From NCBI GenBank assembly GCA_963823665.1, contig CAWGMQ010000010.1, positions 736,001 to 800,000 of the forward strand: a stretch of DNA of 64,000 bases, given 5' to 3'. Positions 46,751-57,006 of the stretch are shown piece after piece. The first letter of the stretch is position 1. Every line of letters starts with the position of its first letter. The position numbers and the translations under genes were made by a program. Under the pieces are notes generated by a model. The model saw only the letters and a program-made list of their open reading frames with translations, did no database searches and was not told the origin of the DNA. The DNA comes from an uncultured Planctomycetota bacterium (GTDB lineage: Bacteria; Planctomycetota; Planctomycetia; Isosphaerales; Isosphaeraceae).

Positions 46751-48869
46751 GCGCGGCCTTGATTCGCGGCGAGTGGCTCTTCGATCAAGCGTTTGCGGGT
46801 GGCCACGTCCCACAGCACGACTCCGCCGGCGCCAGGGAACTTGTAGCCGGCTGCGAGCTTCTTCCCGTCCGGGCTGAACGCCAGGGCGACAACGTTGCCC
46901 TCGTTCATGGCGAGCGGCTCTTCGCCAAGGCGGCTGCGAGTGGCCGCGTCCCAGAGCACCACTCCGCGGCGGCCGTCGCCGGCGACGCTCCGGACGCCAA
47001 AACCGGCCGCGATGACCTTGCCGTCCGGGCTAACTGCCATGCTTTCCACGTAACCCTCGTCCACCGTGAGCGGCTCGTCATTCCGGCGTTTTCGTGCCGC
47101 CACGTCCCAGAACACGACTCCTCCGCCGTTGCCGCTACGCAACGGCGAGCCGTAGCCGGCCACGATGGTCTTGCCGTCCGGGCTGAAAGCGACGCCCACA
47201 ACATGTCCCTCGTTCACGGTGAGGTCCGCGCCGCCCAGGCGATTGCGAGCGCGCGCATCCCACAGCAGCACTCCGGCATCATGATCGCTGACGGGGCCGG
47301 CAGGTCCATGGTAACCGGCCGCGACGATCTGCCCGTCCGGGCTGAACGCCACGCTGGTGATCACGCCCTCGTTCACGAAGAGCGGCTCGTCGCCCAGAAG
47401 CTGATGTGTCGTCGTGTCCCAGAGCCCCACTCCGCCGCCGGTCACGGCATTCACGCGGAACCCGGCGGCGATTGTCTTACGGTCCGGGCTGAAGGCCAGG
47501 CTCATCACGTAGCCGTTATTCACGGCGAAGGATCCGCCGGCAGCGCGTTCGCCGGTGGCCGAGTGCCATAACACGGCCCCGCCGGCGTTGTTCAATTTGG
47601 CCCGGTATCCCGCCGCGATGATCTTGCCGTCCGGACTGAAGGCCACGCTGTTAACCCAGCCCTCGTCGACCGACAAACCCAGGCTGAGGCGCCGTTTGCC
47701 TGTAGCCACGTCCCATACGGCCACACCGGGGTCGACTGCTCCTCCGCCGTGGTATCCTGCGGCGACCGTCTTGCCGTCCGGGCTGAAGACCACGCTCGTA
47801 ATGTTCTCGATCCGGTCGGCATTTGCGTTCGGACCGACTTGGAGGTTGTCGGCGTTGCTGGGCACGAACATCGCCGCGGGCCGTTGGTCCGGCCGGGCCG
47901 TGCGCGCCGCCTTCGTCGTGGGGGCGGGCTGCATCGGCGCCATTCCGCCGCGACTCGGTCCGGGGTAAGGGTTCAAGTTTCTGTTCGTCAATCGATCGAA
48001 GTCGAACGGCGCGCCAAGCAACGGTCCGTAAATGGCCCTCTGTTTCTCGGTCAAGATTTTCTTGATCTCCGCCGCCGGCATCTCCCGGATCCGGTCCGCC
48101 TCGGCGTTCAGCTTTTCGACCTGCGATCGGAACTCGCGATCCTCGACCCTGGCCTTGAGCGCCTGGTAATCGATGCGTCCGCTGGGCTCGATCGCCCAGA
48201 GTGACGCGAACAATCTCGTGCGGGCTGCGTTGTGGTCACTCTTGGCCTGCCACACGTGATATGCAGCCGCCTGTGCATCCGTAAACTGGGCGTTATCCAG
48301 GTTCAGCTTCCCGGCGACCTCGGGGTGGGTGAGCGCGGATACTCCATCGATCTGAAGGTCGATCTGCCGCAGCCGCTCGGTCTGCTTCTCGTCGAGAACG
48401 CTCAACACAATGGCGTCGAATTCCGCAAGTTGTTCGCGCATCTCCCCGGGCCCGCGTGCGCCGGCCATCGCGTTCATGCGGGCGAAGTCGCCCTTCTTGA
48501 GTGGGGCTCCGGGTGCCGGCCGGTTCTTTTCCTGCCGTTTGCGGCGGTTCGCGTGCATCTCGATGATGGTCGGGTCTTGCCCCGTGCGAATTTTCTCGAG
48601 CCTGTTCTTCTGAGCGTCGCTGAGTTTCAGCTCGTCCTGAACGGCCGGGTCAGAGAGCAGCCCGGTGACTCCGCCATTGTTTCTGCCCGCACCGCCGGTC
48701 ATGCCGGGAAGCATGCCCATGGGCGCCATCGGGGCGCCTCCGCGCCGCCCGTCCGCATGCCCTGCTTCTTGCTAACGCCAGGCCCAGTTTGGGCCGATGC
48801 TTCCGGCGGAAGCGCGAATAGAACGACCAACGCGGCATTCGCCAGCGTTGCCACGCGAACTCGATGCAT
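46642..48869 (-). CDS. Secreted WD40-repeat protein (indel at ~48740; 3' end fused to a foreign gene fragment)
   Basis: Signal peptide MHRVRVATL..; six [18 protein letters not shown] repeats. Confidence 0.85.
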
Positions 48870-48977
48870 CGCTGCTTCTCCTTGCGGTCGACTCGCACGA
48901 CGGGGTGCGCCGAAACACGCTCTCGTTGAGCGCGACGCGCATTCCGAAAGTGAAACCGGCATCTTGACCATCATTTC

Positions 48978-49110
48978 TTAGCTTCGAAGACCGAACACGC
49001 GCTCGGCATTGGTTTGGAAAACTTCCTCGCGATATTCTTTCGGAATGATGGCCTCGACTAGCCGGCGGTAGGAAGCCATCGGAGCCAGCGGCCAATCACT
49101 ACCATAATTG
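48978..49110 (-). pseudogene. Orphan C-terminal fragment of an amidohydrolase_2-type gene
   Basis: YGSDWPL...EEVFQTNAERVFGL*, with no upstream gene body. Confidence 0.7.
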
Positions 49111-49272
49111 TACAGTACAACGAGGCAGGGGTGGTCCATCGCATTTTCTTGGGAGGGGTGATCGCTCACGGATCGCGTGGTAGACTGTTGTCGACCGCCA
49201 GCGGTGTCTTCTGGTGGTGCCAGCGCGTTGCCCCGCGTGCCCAATCCAATCGCCTTGGCTCACGGACTTGTC

Positions 49273-50808
49273 ATGCTCGCAAAGCTCGCGTCGTACACAT
49301 TGGTCGGCATCGATGCCACGCCTGTTGAGGTGGAGGTCGATGTGTCCTTCTCATCGATGCCCAAGACGGTGCTGGTGGGTCTGGCGGAGACCGCCGTCAA
49401 GGAGAGTACACACCGGGTCGAGCGTGCCATCGTGAATTCCGGATACCGCCGCGCGATCGATCGGGTGGTGATTAATCTAGCACCGGCTGATCTGAAGAAA
49501 GACGCTGGGGGGTTTGACCTGCCGATTGCGCTGGGGCTGCTCTCGGGCAGCGGGCAAGTGTCGTTTGACCGGCCCGGGTCGTTCGCGGTGGTGGGGGAGC
49601 TGGCGCTCACGGGCGAGACCCGCCCGGTCAAGGGTGTGCTGGCGATGGCCTTGCAGGCTTCCAATGAAAAGCGAACGGGGATACTGGTTCCATCGGCCAA
49701 TGCGCAGGAGGCGGCGGTGGTCGAAGGTCTGAATGTCTACGCGATCGGCAGCCTGGCCGAGGCGGTGGGGTTTCTGTCGGGGCAGGTCGACATCGAGCCG
49801 GAGTCGGTCGATCTCGATGAAGTCTTTCGCGAGAACTCGCACATGGAGGACGACTTCGTCGACGTGAAGGGACAGGATTACGCCAAGCGTGCGCTCTTGA
49901 TCGCCGCGGCCGGAGGCCACAATGTGCTGATGATCGGGCCGCCGGGAACGGGCAAGACGCTTCTGGCCAAGCGGCTGCCGACAATCCTGCCGCCGCTGAC
50001 ACCTGCTGAGAGCCTGGAAACGACGCGGATCTATAGCGCGATGGGGCTTCTGAAGCCGGGCCAGGCGCTGATGGCGGTGCGTCCGTTCCGACCGCCGCAT
50101 CACTCGGTCAGCGACGCGGGCTTGGTCGGCGGCGGCACGACGCCGCAGCCCGGAGAGATCAGCATGGCGCACAAGGGCGTGCTCTTCCTGGACGAGATGC
50201 CCGAGTTCAACCGCAAGACCCTGGAAGTGCTACGGCAGCCGCTCGAAGAGGGTGAAGTGACGATCAGCCGGGCGCTGCGGAGCACGACGTTTCCGGCCGA
50301 GTTCATCCTGGTAGCGGCGATGAACCCGTGCCCGTGCGGTTATCGGTCGGACCCGCGACGTGCGTGTAGCTGCACGCCGCCGCAGGTGGAGAAGTACCTG
50401 AGCAAGATTTCCGGCCCGCTGCTGGACCGCATCGACCTGCACGTGGAGGTGCCGGCGGTGCCGTTCACGCAACTCGCGGAGATGCCGCCGGGGCCGACGT
50501 CGGCCGACCTGCGCGCGCAGGTGCTCGAGGCGCGGGCGCGGCAGTCGAAGCGTTTCGGGCCGCGGGGGCCGCAGGTGAATGGGCGAATGACGGCGCGGCA
50601 GGTTCGGAAGTTTTGCCCGCTCAAGCCGGAGTCGATGTCGCTCTTGAAGGCGGCGATGGAGGATCTCGGGTTATCTGCGCGGGCGCACGACAAAGTGCTG
50701 CGCGTGGCGCGGACGATTGCCGATCTCGACGGGCACGAGGACATCAAGCCGCAGAATATTGCGGAGGCGGTGGGGTATCGGTCGCTGGATCGGAGCGTGT
50801 GGGCTTAG
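49273..50808 (+). CDS. comM: YifB/ComM Mg-chelatase-like AAA+ ATPase
   Basis: INLAPADLKK, GELALTG, GPPGTGKT, PHHS, LFLDEMPEF, AMNPCPCG, SGPLLDRID, SARAHDKVLRVARTIADL. Confidence 0.97.
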   Translation: MLAKLASYTLVGIDATPVEVEVDVSFSSMPKTVLVGLAETAVKESTHRVERAIVNSGYRRAIDRVVINLAPADLKKDAGGFDLPIALGLLSGSGQVSFDRPGSFAVVGELALTGETRPVKGVLAMALQASNEKRTGILVPSANAQEAAVVEGLNVYAIGSLAEAVGFLSGQVDIEPESVDLDEVFRENSHMEDDFVDVKGQDYAKRALLIAAAGGHNVLMIGPPGTGKTLLAKRLPTILPPLTPAESLETTRIYSAMGLLKPGQALMAVRPFRPPHHSVSDAGLVGGGTTPQPGEISMAHKGVLFLDEMPEFNRKTLEVLRQPLEEGEVTISRALRSTTFPAEFILVAAMNPCPCGYRSDPRRACSCTPPQVEKYLSKISGPLLDRIDLHVEVPAVPFTQLAEMPPGPTSADLRAQVLEARARQSKRFGPRGPQVNGRMTARQVRKFCPLKPESMSLLKAAMEDLGLSARAHDKVLRVARTIADLDGHEDIKPQNIAEAVGYRSLDRSVWA

Positions 50809-50827
50809 TTAGACGGAGGGGAGACGC

Positions 50828-51226
50828 ATGGCCTCGGATCTTCCGGCATTCTTCATGGGGATCGCGTTTCTGGTGGTGGCTTTTTGGGCTCCGTTTGCAA
50901 TCTTACGCAAGGCAGGCTACTCACCATGGCTCGGCTTGCTGATCGCGCCGACGACGTTTGTGGGGATGATTGTCTTCGCATTTCTCGAATGGCCCATTGA
51001 GCGAGAACTCGCGTGGCTCCGCTTCAAGCAAGGAAACCCAAGCGACGACCTGGTTGGGCGTGTCGAAGGTTATGCGGTCCATCCTGAAAACAGAGGCGAG
51101 TGGCAGTCGGCTGAGGAGGTTTATGAGGAGTTGATAAAGAGAGCCACGACCGAAGAGAGTCGCACTTATTACCGGAATTGCTTGGGACGGCTCACGGATC
51201 AGAGTCGCGATTCCGTGGAGGCCTGA
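50828..51226 (+). CDS. Small membrane protein
   Basis: ILRKAGYSPWLGLL..AFLEWP; RBS GGAG. Confidence 0.7.
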   Translation: MASDLPAFFMGIAFLVVAFWAPFAILRKAGYSPWLGLLIAPTTFVGMIVFAFLEWPIERELAWLRFKQGNPSDDLVGRVEGYAVHPENRGEWQSAEEVYEELIKRATTEESRTYYRNCLGRLTDQSRDSVEA

Positions 51227-51472
51227 CCCGTTATCGCTCACCATGTCAGGTTCAGGCTGACGAGGGATGGCGATTGTTGTTTCTGGGCAACGTGTGGCGA
51301 ATCGAGATTTTCTTGGGTGGTAATCTGTAGCACCGTATGGCGCGATCGGATAACATCTGTGCTCTTGGCTTCACCGGCCATCCGAAGCAGCCAGCGTGGA
51401 CGCGCAGCCAGATAGGGATCGCTGTTCTTCAGAGCCTAATAGGTTTCCTCTACTGACGCCGGAGTGATTTTC

Positions 51473-52198
51473 ATGCGACGAAGCTTACTCGTGATCGGAT
51501 TCTTGGTGATCGTTCTGGCGGGTTTCGCCGCGCCGGCGCGGGCCGACCTCGTTATTTACCTTCAGGATACAACCGTGCCGAACGCGGGTTACGGGGTGAT
51601 GAACATCTGGCTCGGCAGCACCAGCCCCTCCACCGACGCGTTCAACGACTACTCCGTCCAGCTTCAGATCACCGGGCCGAATTTCCTCGAGTTTGCCCCT
51701 AATAATATCAACGGGCCTTTCCAGCCGACTCCGGGATACCAAAATTACAATTACCTTCTTGCCGCCAAATACATTTTCAGCGGGGACAGCCTGTTTGGGA
51801 TCACGGATACCAATGCCGGTGGACCCGTCGGGGGGACGAACAACCAACAGTTCATCATCACCGATTCATCGCTTTCCGGCAGCTCGTATGTTCCTCCGGG
51901 CAATACGACGAGCACGTTCACTCTGCTTGCGAGCTTGGTGCTGTACGCCTTCGATACGAATCCTACTGATTCTTACACGGTGAGCGTCGTTGCCGGGTCC
52001 AACACGTATTTCAATACAAATTTCGACCCGACGACGAACGTGAGCAACAGTGTTGGCTCCGCCGACGGCTATAACGGAATGGCGAACATCGGGCCTGCGG
52101 CGGTTCCTGAGCCGGCGTCGATCGTCTTAGCGCTCACCGGGCTCGTGCTCGTCACGAGTGTCGCCGGGTATGCTCGTATCCGTCGCACGCGATCGTGA
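51473..52198 (+). CDS. PEP-CTERM sorting-domain protein
   Basis: Signal peptide ..APARAD, N/T/S-rich body, AVPEPAS + TM + RIRR. Confidence 0.9.
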   Translation: MRRSLLVIGFLVIVLAGFAAPARADLVIYLQDTTVPNAGYGVMNIWLGSTSPSTDAFNDYSVQLQITGPNFLEFAPNNINGPFQPTPGYQNYNYLLAAKYIFSGDSLFGITDTNAGGPVGGTNNQQFIITDSSLSGSSYVPPGNTTSTFTLLASLVLYAFDTNPTDSYTVSVVAGSNTYFNTNFDPTTNVSNSVGSADGYNGMANIGPAAVPEPASIVLALTGLVLVTSVAGYARIRRTRS

Positions 52199-52386
52199 CC
52201 TGGCGGCGACAGCCGTCGCTCGAATGCCACGTCGAGGGCGTCGAGCGCTGACCACGACGTCAGGGCCAAGGGCTTCTGTGCTCAACAACCGCCCAACGGC
52301 GGGCATACATGGCCGCCATCGCGGCAACCGTGCCGGCTGATTGAACAGCACACGGCACTGCAAATGACGTCGGCGCTGAGTACCAA

Positions 52387-52447
52387 CCCGCAGAACGTAG
52401 CGGAGGTGGTGGGGGATCGGTCGCTGGATCGGAGCGTGTGGGCGTAG
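52387..52447 (+). repeat. Duplicate of the comM 3' end (partner of ~50748-50808)
   Basis: CCGCAGAACGTAGCGGAGGTGGTGGGGGATCGGTCGCTGGATCGGAGCGTGTGGGCGTAG versus CCGCAGAATATTGCGGAGGCGGTGGGGTATCGGTCGCTGGATCGGAGCGTGTGGGCTTAG. Confidence 0.9.
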
Positions 52448-52545
52448 AATGACGGAGTGCCGGATCAGTGACGTGTAAGCTTGCCCTGGGATTCTTGGGT
52501 GGTTGAATCAATTGACTGCCGACCCGGACGCACGGTGGTTTTCGC

Positions 52546-54534
52546 GTGCACGATACCCCACTCGACCAGCCGATTGGCTCGCCAGATGGCGAACTGACCG
52601 GGCCGCACGGCCCCGAGGCCACGGCCCTGGTCGATGTCCCCGTTGGCGTCTCTTCAGCAGGCCACGCTCAAGAGCGAGCGAATCCGGATCATCGGGCTGA
52701 TCCTCGTGGTCTGCTTCATCCAGGTCGTGATCGCGATCCGAGCCCTGTTCGGGGGCGTGCCGGAACAACTCGACTTGCTGCCTCGTTTCACCGTGCTGAT
52801 GCTGGCCTCCGTGGCCTATGAGAGTCTGATGCTCGGCATGGTGAGCCGGGCAATCAAGAGGGGGAGCGATCTACCCCTCTGGGCCTGGTCGGCCAACGCC
52901 GGGATCGAGGCCTTGATCCCGACGATCATGCTCATCTTGCTCACCGAAAGTCCGTTCATGGGGCCCTACCGGGCCCTGAGCGCTCCGGCGACCCACGGCT
53001 ATTACATCTTCATCATCCTCTCGACCCTGCGGCTTCGACCGGGCCTCTGCTTCTTGACCGGCCTGGCCTCGGCGCTGGGCTTCGCCGCCGTCACGGCTTA
53101 CACATTCGTCGTGCTACCCGGACAGGCCCGGGTTCGGCCGGCCCGGTCTATCCGCTCCAGGTGTACGCCACTTTCGGCATTCTTTACCTGACCTGTGGCA
53201 CGATCGCGGCGTGGCTCTCCAGCCAGTTTCGCCGGCACGTCCTGGCCGCCCTTGGCGAGGCCGCGATCCGCGGTCAGTACGAGCGGCTGGTGCGTGAGAT
53301 CGCCCAGCGCGAACGGGCCGAGCAGGCGCTGCGAGCCTCGGAGCGTCGCTACCGGCAGCTCACGGAAGAAACGCGCGACGCCATCGTGGTTGCCGACCAG
53401 CAGGGATTGATCACGCTCTTCAACCCCGCCGCCCAGACGATCTTCGGCTACTCGGAAGCCTGAGGTCCGCGGTCAGCCGCTCACGATCCTGATGCCCGCG
53501 GAATTCCACGAGGCCCACTGCGGCGGGTTCCAGCGCTATCTGGATACGAGAGAACCCCGGATCATCGGCCGTACGGTCGAGCTGCGCGGCCGGCGCAAGA
53601 GCGGTGAGATCTTCCCTCTGGAGATGTCGCTTTCGGCAATCGATCTGCCGGACGGAGTCGGTTTCCTGGGCGCGATCCGCGACCTGACCGAGCGGGTGCG
53701 TCTGCAAGGGCGGATCGTCCAGGCGGAGAAGCTGGCTTCGCTCGGATTGCTCAGTGCCGGCGTGGCACACGAGATCAACAACCCGCTGGCCTATGTGATC
53801 AACAACCTCGCTGTGCTCGATCGTGACTTCCACGGACTGGCCAGGGTCCTGGCGGAGTACGAAGAGGCCCGGCCGATTCTCGATGACGATCGATCCCGAG
53901 ATGGCGGAACGGATCGCCGGGCTCACGCTGGAGCACGACCTGCCCTACATCCAGGAGAACCTCGGCCCGATTCTGAAGAGCACGCGGCAAGGGGCCAAGC
54001 GAGTGTCCGAGCATCGTGGAGAACCTGCGCGAGTTTGCCCGGCTCGACCAGGCCGCCATCGACCGGGTGGACCTGAATGCGGCGATCGCGCGCTGCCTGG
54101 AGCTGATCCGGGGCCGGCTGGAAGGGCACCAGATCGACGTGGTACAGAAGCTCGGTGAGATCCCTCCGATCGTCTGCGCCCCGGCCCAGATCAACCAGGT
54201 GATCCTGAACCTTCTGCTCAATGCCCAGCAGGCGATCGAGGAGACAGGACGTGACGGTGGTCGAATCGAGATCAGCACTCAGGCAAACCGACGCGAGGTG
54301 TCCTGGAGATCGCCGACGATGGCTGCGGCATCCCGGCGGAGATTCACTCGCGGATCTTCGACGCGTTCTTCACCACCAAACCCGTCGGCGAAGGAACTGG
54401 ACTGGGCTTGAGCATCAGCCACAGCATCGTCGTCCGATCATGGGGGTCGCATCGAGCTCGAGAGCGCCCCCGGCCAGGGCGCTCGCTTCAGTATCATTCT
54501 TCCGCTTGAGCGAAAAGGAACAGACCAGTCGTGA
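52546..54534 (+). CDS. Membrane-bound PAS-domain sensor histidine kinase, split by several indels
   Basis: TM helices; PAS ([22 protein letters not shown]); H-box [35 protein letters not shown]. Confidence 0.85.
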
Positions 54535-54793
54535 AAGCGGCGATGAAAGGCCTGCGCCTTTTCGAATCAGGCGTCGTTTCGAATGGTCGCCTGTGCAAGT
54601 TCCCTATACGTCCACGAAAGAGGTTAGAATAACGTTCGAGCAGGAGGTCACCCTCGACCTTGAACAGACTTACGCCAGGGCGGCCGAGGATGCTTATCAC
54701 ACTTGATGGAACGCCGGACTGACCAAGAACAAGGCTGCGGACCGCGTTTCGGGACAGGAGGGAGATATTTGGGCCAAGTCGCTGACTTCCCGG

Positions 54794-55455
54794 ATGATCG
54801 TCTTATCGGTGGCGCTGGCCGCCGCGGTCCAGACTCGGGATGCCGCGGGCGCGGATGACCCGTCGCTGCCCAAGGAGCCGCGGTTCACCTTGAAAGACCA
54901 CAAGGATGTCGCCTGGTGCGTGATGTTTGCGCCGGACGGGAAGTCGATGATCACTTGCTCGGGCAACCGAGACGCGAGTGCCGGCGAGATCCAGAAATAT
55001 GATATCAGCACGGGTAAGCCGGTACCGGCGTTCGTCGCTGAAGAGGGTCATGACGTTCGCTGGCTTTGTTTCGCCCCGGACGGCAAGACGTTTGCAACGG
55101 CCGAGTATGACGGGAAGGTGAGAATTCGAGATGCGAAGGCCGGCAAGGCGGGTGTCGAATTCGAAGCGCATCAATGGGGCGTGCAATGCCTCAAGTTCAC
55201 CGGCGATCGCAAGACGCTGGTCACGTGCGGCCGGGACGGGACGGCCAAGGTTTGGGACGTTGTCACTCGAAAGCTCTCGTCTGCGGGACCGATGCCGGCT
55301 TGCTCAAGCTGTGGGACGTGGCAGGGTGGCTCGAACGCAACACGATCCAGGCCCACGACGCGAGCGTCCGCGCGATCGCTTTTTCCGCCGACGGCAAGCT
55401 GATGGCGACGGCGAGTCACGATCGAACGGTCAAACTCTGGGATGCGCCGCGTTGA
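54794..55455 (+). CDS. Short secreted WD40 protein (frame break or deletion at ~55275)
   Basis: FAPDGK, DGTAKVWD, AFSADGK..ASHDRTVKLWD. Confidence 0.75.
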
Positions 55456-55622
55456 GAATTCTCGACTTGCGCCCCAATTCATCTCAAATCTTAAAGATTC
55501 GAAGTCGCGTCTTTCGATCAAATCCATGACCCTTGTTGAGTGCCCTCGCCGACATGCTTCCCTCTTGACGGCGAAACAGACCCTGGCTGCGTTGAGCGGG
55601 ATCACCCCCGAGGAGCCTCTTC

Positions 55623-56951
55623 ATGATGTTCGCGAAGGCCCGAAAGTTTCCCTCGTCTCGCACGCGTACCCGTCGGATTCTCGTCTCGACCGTCGAGCTT
55701 CTCGAGGTGCGGTCGTTGCTGAGCTCGACCCCGGTCATCGTCTGGCAGATGGATCCGCAGATCTCGCTCGATCCCGCCCACGGGGACGAGCCCGACCTAC
55801 CTAACACGTCGGCGTATGTCAATCCTCCGGGCGGATACGGCTTGACGCTCGACGCCTCCCAGTCGACCGGCATTCTGCCGACTTCCACGTTCGCGTGGAC
55901 GGTGACCGGCCCGGGCCGCCACGTGATGCATCTCACCGGCGAAAGTCCGGCCCTCAGCTTGCCTCAAGGGAAATACAAGGTGAAGCTCGAGGCGAGCGGC
56001 CTTGCCGGCACCACGGATCCCCTCACAACGTCCACCACGATCCAGGTCAAGGACCTCTTGATCGTCTCGATCGGCGACTCGTTCGCCTCGGGCGAGGGCA
56101 ATCCGGTGGTCCCAGCCGACGAGTCACCCGGTGGAGCGCAATGGGCTTACTCATCCGACCCTGCAATGAACCTGCAGAACGCCGATGCCCACCGCTCGAC
56201 CATCTCAGGCCCCGCGCAATTCGCCCTCGAGCTTCAGGAGGAAAACCCACACGAGGCGGTCACGTTCGTCTCCGTGGCCAACTCGGGCGCCTCGATCAGC
56301 CAGGGGTTGCTCGGCACGATGCAGAGCATCGGCAACCCCTCGGTGCAGCTCCCTGCCGAGATCGCCGAGCTCAAGCAGATCATCGGCAAGCGGGCCCCCA
56401 ACGTCTTGACGCTCTCGATCGGTGCCAACGATATCGGCTTCGTCACCCAGGTTGAGGGCCTGATCGGGAATACTTCGACAGGCAGCCCGTCGCTGGCTGC
56501 CATCCAGTCGAACGTGAGCGCTGGCCTGAAGACGCTGCCGGGTCTCTATTCCAAGCTCAACAAGGCGATCAAGCGGCTGCACGCCGGGAAGTTGCTGATC
56601 ACCGATTACCCGGATCAGACGCGCAACCAGAATGGGGTCAGCTCGTCCATCCCCGGGCCGGCCGGAACCACCCTGATCAACACGAGCGACGCCCAGTTCT
56701 TGTCGGCGAACATCACGATCCCACTCAATAACGCGATCTCCGCCGCCGCCAAGGCGAACCACTGGAAGCTCGTCGATATTTCCCCGGCTTTCTCCACCCA
56801 CGGCTATCCTTCCACGGAGACCTGGATCCGCCAGCTCGACCAGTCGCTCGAGATTGAAGGTAACGTCGACGGATTCTTCCACCCCAACGCGACTGGCGAG
56901 CAAGCCATCGGCCAGCTTCTGCTCGCGGCATATCAGGGGACGACTCAGTAG
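55623..56951 (+). CDS. Secreted SGNH/GDSL hydrolase with an N-terminal PKD-like domain
   Basis: ELLEVRSLLS export motif; IGDSFASGEG, SGA, SIGANDIGF, FHPNATG. Confidence 0.9.
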   Translation: MMFAKARKFPSSRTRTRRILVSTVELLEVRSLLSSTPVIVWQMDPQISLDPAHGDEPDLPNTSAYVNPPGGYGLTLDASQSTGILPTSTFAWTVTGPGRHVMHLTGESPALSLPQGKYKVKLEASGLAGTTDPLTTSTTIQVKDLLIVSIGDSFASGEGNPVVPADESPGGAQWAYSSDPAMNLQNADAHRSTISGPAQFALELQEENPHEAVTFVSVANSGASISQGLLGTMQSIGNPSVQLPAEIAELKQIIGKRAPNVLTLSIGANDIGFVTQVEGLIGNTSTGSPSLAAIQSNVSAGLKTLPGLYSKLNKAIKRLHAGKLLITDYPDQTRNQNGVSSSIPGPAGTTLINTSDAQFLSANITIPLNNAISAAAKANHWKLVDISPAFSTHGYPSTETWIRQLDQSLEIEGNVDGFFHPNATGEQAIGQLLLAAYQGTTQ

Positions 56952-57006
56952 GCATCCCCGCTCACAACTGATCTCGCTGGGACAGATGAGCAGTCTGAGC
57001 GTCTTC

